Below, in pieces: positions 58,631 through 64,000 of a DNA stretch of 64,000 nucleotides. Source of the DNA: Heteronotia binoei (lineage: Eukaryota). Position 1 is the first letter of the stretch. Each line of letters starts with the position of its first letter. The stretch is from contig NC_083240.1 in assembly GCF_032191835.1 (NCBI RefSeq), positions 37,758,001-37,822,000 on the forward strand, given 5' to 3'. Below the pieces are notes generated by a model, which saw nothing but the letters and a program-made list of their open reading frames with translations, was not told where the DNA came from and searched no databases. The position numbers were made by a program, and so were the translations under genes.

Positions 58631-59144
58631 GTACTGACAGGGCCTTCGTTGTATTGTGCTTCTTCCCCACATGCTTTCAACTCATTCGCATCATCTAAAG
58701 TTGCCAACTTCTAGGTGGGCCCTGAAAATCTTCTCTTCTAATGGTCAAACGGGGCCTAATCTGTGGGAACTTAAATCCAGGGCCTTTTTTTGAGCAGGAA
58801 CACACAGGAACGCAGTTCCGGCTGGCTTGGCATCAGGGGGTGTGGCCTAATATGCAAATGAATCCCTGTTGGGCTTTTCCTACAAAAACCCTATGTGAAA
58901 CAATGGTGACATCAGGGGGTATGGTCTAATATACAAATAAGTTCCTGCTGGGCTTTTTCTACCAAAAAACCAATAGGGAAGAACACAGTATAGTTGAAAG
59001 CCTAAGAAAAACCGTGTTCAAAAGAGATGATAAACCTCTCAAAAAAGTCTCGTAAGAACCGCTAATGCCTGTTTGGAGTAATTGATTAACTGCGTGCATA
59101 CTGTGATAGAGCATTGGTTCCAGATTATTGAAGTATTTTGAACA

Positions 59145-59429
59145 GAAGATGAAGATGAAGATATTGGATTTATATCCCGCCCTCCACTCCGAAGAGTCTC
59201 AGAGCGGCTCACAATCTCCTTTACCTCCCCCCCCCCCGACAACAGACACCCTGTGAGGTGGGTGGGGCTGGAGAGGGCTCTCACAGCAGCTGCCCTTTCA
59301 AGGACAACCTCTGCCAGAGCTAAGGCTGACCCAAGGCCATTCCAGCAGGTGCAAGTGGAGGAGTGGGGAATCAAACCCGGTTCTCCCAGATAAGAGTCCA
59401 CGCACTTAACCACTACACCAAACTGGCTC
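59145..59429 (-). mobile_element. Squam3-like SINE
   Basis: Full-length reverse-complement copy. Confidence 0.88.
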
Positions 59430-59673
59430 TCCAGAAGAAGTTGGTATCGAAACACGTAAATTTTACCTGGGAAACGTGTTACCAATTATACTTCTTATTT
59501 GTCTTCGAGTCTTCATTACACTGCAACATTGTTGTTCAGAGAGTTTGTCAACAATCATTTTGCTTTTCTACAGAGGGGTCTGGGTATCAACGCTGCTACT
59601 TCAGCAACCCTTCCTGGGGTGGACAAGTGACTTGTTTTTCTGTATGATTTGTGACTTTGTAATGTTGTAAATG

Positions 59674-60202
59674 TAGGGTTGCCAAGTCCAATTCAAGAAA
59701 TATCTGGGGACTTTGGGGGTGGAGCCAGGAGACATTAGAGGTGGAGCCAAGATCAAGGCTGTGACAAGCATAATTGAACTCCAAGGAAGTTCTGGCCATC
59801 ACATTTAAAGGGACGGCACACCTTTTCAATGCCTTCCTTCCATAGGAAATAATGAAGGATAGGGGCACCTTCTTTTAGGGCTCATAGAATTGAACCCCCT
59901 GGTCCAATCTTTTCGAAACGTGGGGGGTATTTTGGGGAGAGGCACTAGATGCTATACTGAAAATTTGGTGCCTCTACACAAAAAAAACAGCTCCCCCAGA
60001 GCCCTGGATACCCGCGGATCAATTCTCCATGATTTTCTATGGAAATAAATCTCCATAGGGAATAACAGAGTTCCCAGCAGACATTTCCCTCCCCTTCCCC
60101 CACTTTCTGAAGACCCTGAAGCAGGGGGAGGGCCTCCAAACCGGGAGATCCCCTGCCCTCACCTGGGGATCCCCTGCCCTCACCTGGGGATTGGCAACCC
60201 TA
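59674..60202 (+). mobile_element. About 520-bp MITE with TAGGGTTGCCA termini
   Basis: TIRs tagggttgccaa/ttggcaacccta; relatives at about 22590-23013, 53707-54111, 57936-58439 (inverted), 60929-61463. Confidence 0.8.
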
Positions 60203-60218
60203 TGTAAATGTTTTGTAA

Positions 60219-60522
60219 GAGCCCCGTGGCGCAGAGTGGTAAAGCTGCAGTACTTCAGTCGGAGCCCTCTGCTCATGACCTGAGTTCGATTCCAGCCGAA
60301 ACCGGTTCAGGTAGCTGGCTCCAGGTCGACTCAGCCTTCCATCCTTCCGAGGTGAGTAAAATGAGTACCCAGCTTGCTGGGGGGGGGGGGGAGCGTAGAT
60401 GACTGGGGAAGGCAATGGCAAACCACCCCGTAAAAAGTCTGCCGTGAAAACGTTGTGAAAGCAACGTCACCCCAGAGTCGGAAACGACTGGCGCTTGCAC
60501 AGGGGACTACCTTTACCTTTTT
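60219..60522 (+). mobile_element. Sauria SINE, full length
   Basis: Complete head, body and (ACCTTT)n tail. Confidence 0.9.
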
Positions 60523-62966
60523 AAATATTTTGCATAAGTGGTATAAGTTTGTAAAAAATAGGCTTTGTGCCTTTAACGAGCTCACAGCTTTACTAGTTAG
60601 GCTGGCAGTAAAAACAATTTTTGGCATTGAGCCTGTGTAACTCTTCCAAGTTTCTTATCAGCCCTTAGAGACTTTTTTGAGAGGTTTATCATCTCTTTTG
60701 AACACGGTTTTTCTTAGGCTTTCACCTGGGGATTGGCAACCCTACCAGGCCCAGAGGCAACTGCTAGGCCTGGATTCACAAAGTGTTCAGTAATTGGGGT
60801 GAGGGTGAGGTGGAGTTGAAAGGGAGCTGCACCCAGCCTCCATGGGCAAGTGTGGCGGGGGGGGGGGCGGGGGGAGGATGGGATCCCCTCTGTGAAATTT
60901 GAAGCCCCTCCCCCAAACGTGTCATGACTAGGGTTGCCAAGTCCAATTCAAGAAATATCTGGGCGTTTTGGGGGTGGAGCCAGGAGACTTTGGGGGTGGA
61001 GCCAGGAGACATTAGGGGTGGAGCCAAGATCAGGGCTATGACAAGCATCATTGAACTCCAAAGGGAGTTCTGGCCATCACATTTAAAGGGACCTCACACC
61101 TTTTCAATTCCTTCTTTCCATAGGAAATCATGAAGGATAGGGGCACCTTCTTTTGGGGTTCATAGAATTGGACCCCCTGGTTCAATCTTTTTGAAACTTG
61201 GGGGGTATTTTGGGGAGAAACACTAGATGCTATACTGAAAAATTGGTGCCTCTACCCCAAAAAACAGCCCCCCCAGAGCCCCAGATACCCACAGATCGAT
61301 TCTTCGTGATTTTCTATGGGGATAAATCTCCATAGGGAATAACAGAGTCCCCAGCAGACATTTCCCTCCCCTCCCCTCCCCCCGCTTTCTGACGAACCTG
61401 AAGCAGGGGGAGGGCCTCCAAACCAGGAGATCCCCTGCCCCCACCTAGGGATTGGCAACCCTGGTCATAACTGATCTCCAGACAAGAGGGGTCAGTTCCC
61501 CTGAAGAAAATGGCTGCTCGGGACGGTGGGCTCTGTGGTATTCAGTGTTTCCTCTAAGCTGAGTTAGTGTGAGCTAGCTCACAGATTTTTTTAGCCTCTG
61601 GCTCATACATTTTTGTCTTCGCTCAGGAAAAATGGCCCCAGAGCAAACTAATTTATGCAGTAACTCACAACTTTTAATGCCAGTAGCTCACAAACTAGAA
61701 TTTGTGCTCACAAGACTGCGCAGCTTAGAAGGAACATTGGGAGTATTATACCCTCCTGAGGTACTTGCCCTCCCCAAACCCCGCCCTTTCCTGGCTCCAC
61801 CACAGAATCTCCTAGAATGTCTCAACTTTGCGTCGGCATCCCTATTCAGAACACTTTAAATGTAGTGGGTGTTCTGTTTTTTTGTACAACATCCTCCCCT
61901 CCCCCCCCATATAAGGACATCCCCCATTTTAGTTTCAGCATCCTCAAGGTGGTGCCTGGAATTCTCCTAGAATAACAACCGATCTCTACACCACAAGAAT
62001 GGGGAGCTCTAGTAATGACCGCCAGCAAAACAAAAAGACTTGCGGAGAAAACAGAAGAACAAAAAGGAAATCTGTTTCAAGAAAGATCCAGTTTGTACAT
62101 TGCTGCTGCACTACTGCAGTCGGAGCTCTGCTCATGATCTGAGTTCGATCCCGGCGGAAGCTGGGTTCAAGTAACCAGCTAAAGGTTGACTCAGCCTTCC
62201 ATCCTTCCGAGGTGGGTAAAATGAGTCCCCAGCTTGCTGGGGGGAAAGTGTAGATGACTGGAGAAGGCAATGGCAAACCACCCCGTAAAAAAGTCTGCAG
62301 TGAAAACGTTGTGATGTGACGTCACCCCAAAGTCGGCAACAACTGGTGCTTGCACAGGGGACGACCTTTGCCTTTTCTTTTTTTAAAACTGAATTTTCAT
62401 TAGCCAGAGTAAATCACTTCTATGCAGCCCCACCAACTGTCCCTCCCTGCATAGCAAAGCCGTTCAGCTGTTTTTGTGCTTTGCACAAGAATTGTGGTGT
62501 GGCGTTAGGCCTTTGTAGCTGCTTTCCCAAAACAGCCCAGGCAGCTTGCAAACAGTTAGGCCAAAGGCTTTCCCAGAATCCTCTGGGGCTTTCAGGATCC
62601 GATGTTGCTCCTGTTTCAAGGTTAATGCAGTTTGCCTCAGACGTCCTCCCTCTGAGAGAGGGCTGTTGCCGCCCTGTGCCAAGTAGTGCTGATGGAGCCA
62701 GACCAAGATCTACAGTAGCAGCCGAGCCAAAAGATATTTATAACATATCAATAATGGACCACAAATTAAAGTGCATTTTTATAGGCATGCTGCTTGAAGC
62801 TGGAGCACCTTCCAGCTATTGGAGGCCAAGTACAACGGCTTGCCACTGCAGTCTTTCATTGCTGACAGAACTTTATGACATCCGGAATCATATGCAATAG
62901 AGTTCTTCAGGGAATTTCGACCTCCTTACTGCTTTCCTCCTCTGCTAATCATTTTTTTACACATTG

Positions 62967-63247
62967 GAGAGCCAGTTTGGTGTAGTGGTTAAGTGTGCGG
63001 ACTCTTATCTGGGAGAACCGGGTTTGATTCCCCACTCCACCACTTGCACCTGCTGGAATGGCCTTGGGTCAGCCATAGCTCTGGCAGAGGTTGTCCTTGA
63101 AAAGGCAGCTGCTGTGAGAGCCCTCTCAGCCCCGCCCACCTCACAGGGTGTCTGTTGTGGGGGAGGAAGGTAAAGGAGATTGTGAGCCGCTCTGAGACTC
63201 TTCGGAGTGGAGGGCGGGATATAAATCCAATATCATCTTCTTCTTCT
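62967..63247 (+). mobile_element. Squam3-like SINE
   Basis: Full-length copy with (CTT)n tail. Confidence 0.88.
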
Positions 63248-63526
63248 TAATTTTGAAGTAAACAAAAAAATATGAATATGAATATACATCTAAAAAAATC
63301 TTACAGGAACAAGTTAATACAGGCATGGATACTTACATCATTCTGACCTATCTACAAGGAGTTTAGGGGGGAATGAGCTCTGTGTTGATCAGGGTCACGA
63401 GGTTTGATGCAAAGGGTCAAGGGCTTAGAGTTTCCTTCTTGGGGCCTTCTGGGGAAGGACTTCATCTCTGTCTCAGGAGCCAGAAGCACAAGCCAAGTGA
63501 TTCTCCCTTGGGCGCACTCATGGACC

Positions 63527-63700
63527 AATTTCGCACTAGACCTTTAACCCTGGTTTATCCCTGTCCCCAAGCTGACATTCTACACTAAAATCATAGAATC
63601 ATAGAGTCACAGAGTTGGTTTCTCGGATTCTCTGATTCTAGTGTAGAATGTCAGTTTGGGGAGAGAGTTAAACCAGGATTAAAGATCTAGTGCGAAATTA
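63527..63700. repeat. Hairpin MITE (about 57-bp imperfect arms) with CR1-tail-like filler
   Basis: ttcgcactagac..ctacacta / tagtgtag..tctagtgcgaa inverted arms. Confidence 0.75.
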
Positions 63701-64000
63701 GTCAAGGTCTTCTCTTGCTGTCCCCACACCTCAGTTTATTTATCTCACGTTGTCTGTCTGAGAGGGGGTGCTTTTCTCCTACTGAGGTGGTTTCATAGGG
63801 GGCTCCAAGCAAAACTCCCTCTAAGCTGTGGAGTCTTGTGAGCACAAATTCTACTTCGTGAGCTACTGGCATTAAAATTGTGAGCTACTGCATAAATTGG
63901 TTTGTTCTGGGGCCATTTTTCCTGAGCTGAGACAAAAATGGGTGAGCTGGAGGCTAAAAAACTGTGAGCTAGCTCACACTAACTCAGCTTAGAGGGAACA

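Noticed and set aside
62316-62900. 194-aa plus-strand ORF
   Set aside because: A chimera of a Sauria SINE tail and the antisense of a decayed LINE fragment
62964-63173. Recurrent short ORFs MVKCADSYLGEPGLIPHSST.. as a gene family
   Set aside because: Translations of SINE consensus sequence
58631-64000. P2RX5 exon 3 (GENxFFVxTN-like)
   Set aside because: No matching exon was found by eye; it probably lies beyond the window

Overview
Vertebrate genomic DNA, almost certainly a squamate reptile and probably a gecko (inferred from Squam3-like and Sauria SINEs, CR1 and hAT MITEs). Synteny matches the mammalian ITGAE-HASPIN-P2RX5 block. The last seven coding exons of integrin alpha-E lie on + (1197-13438). 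The intronless HASPIN kinase gene is nested antisense in an ITGAE intron (4497-7265, -), with a CpG-island promoter. P2RX5 exons 1-2 lie on + (48687-48823, 58480-58630). The ITGAE-P2RX5 interval is expanded by (i) an old tandem segmental duplication (about 15.8-21 kb versus 23.9-31 kb) with an intact, intronless DNLZ/Zim17 copy at its centre, preceded by a MYB-site-rich tandem repeat, and (ii) a full-length, apparently intact DIRS1-like tyrosine-recombinase retrotransposon (33000-39104) nested in a CR1 tail, itself inside a MITE. Most notable hypotheses: a prfB-like CTT-TGA-C shifty stop that may also be a splice branch point at the DIRS gag/pol/YR junction; an in-frame 161-aa mini-integrin-alphaE ORF starting in the HASPIN promoter; and the DNLZ retrogene with a multimerised MYB promoter. 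All family and orthology calls are from recognition by eye, not database searches. One assembly gap (50919-51070).
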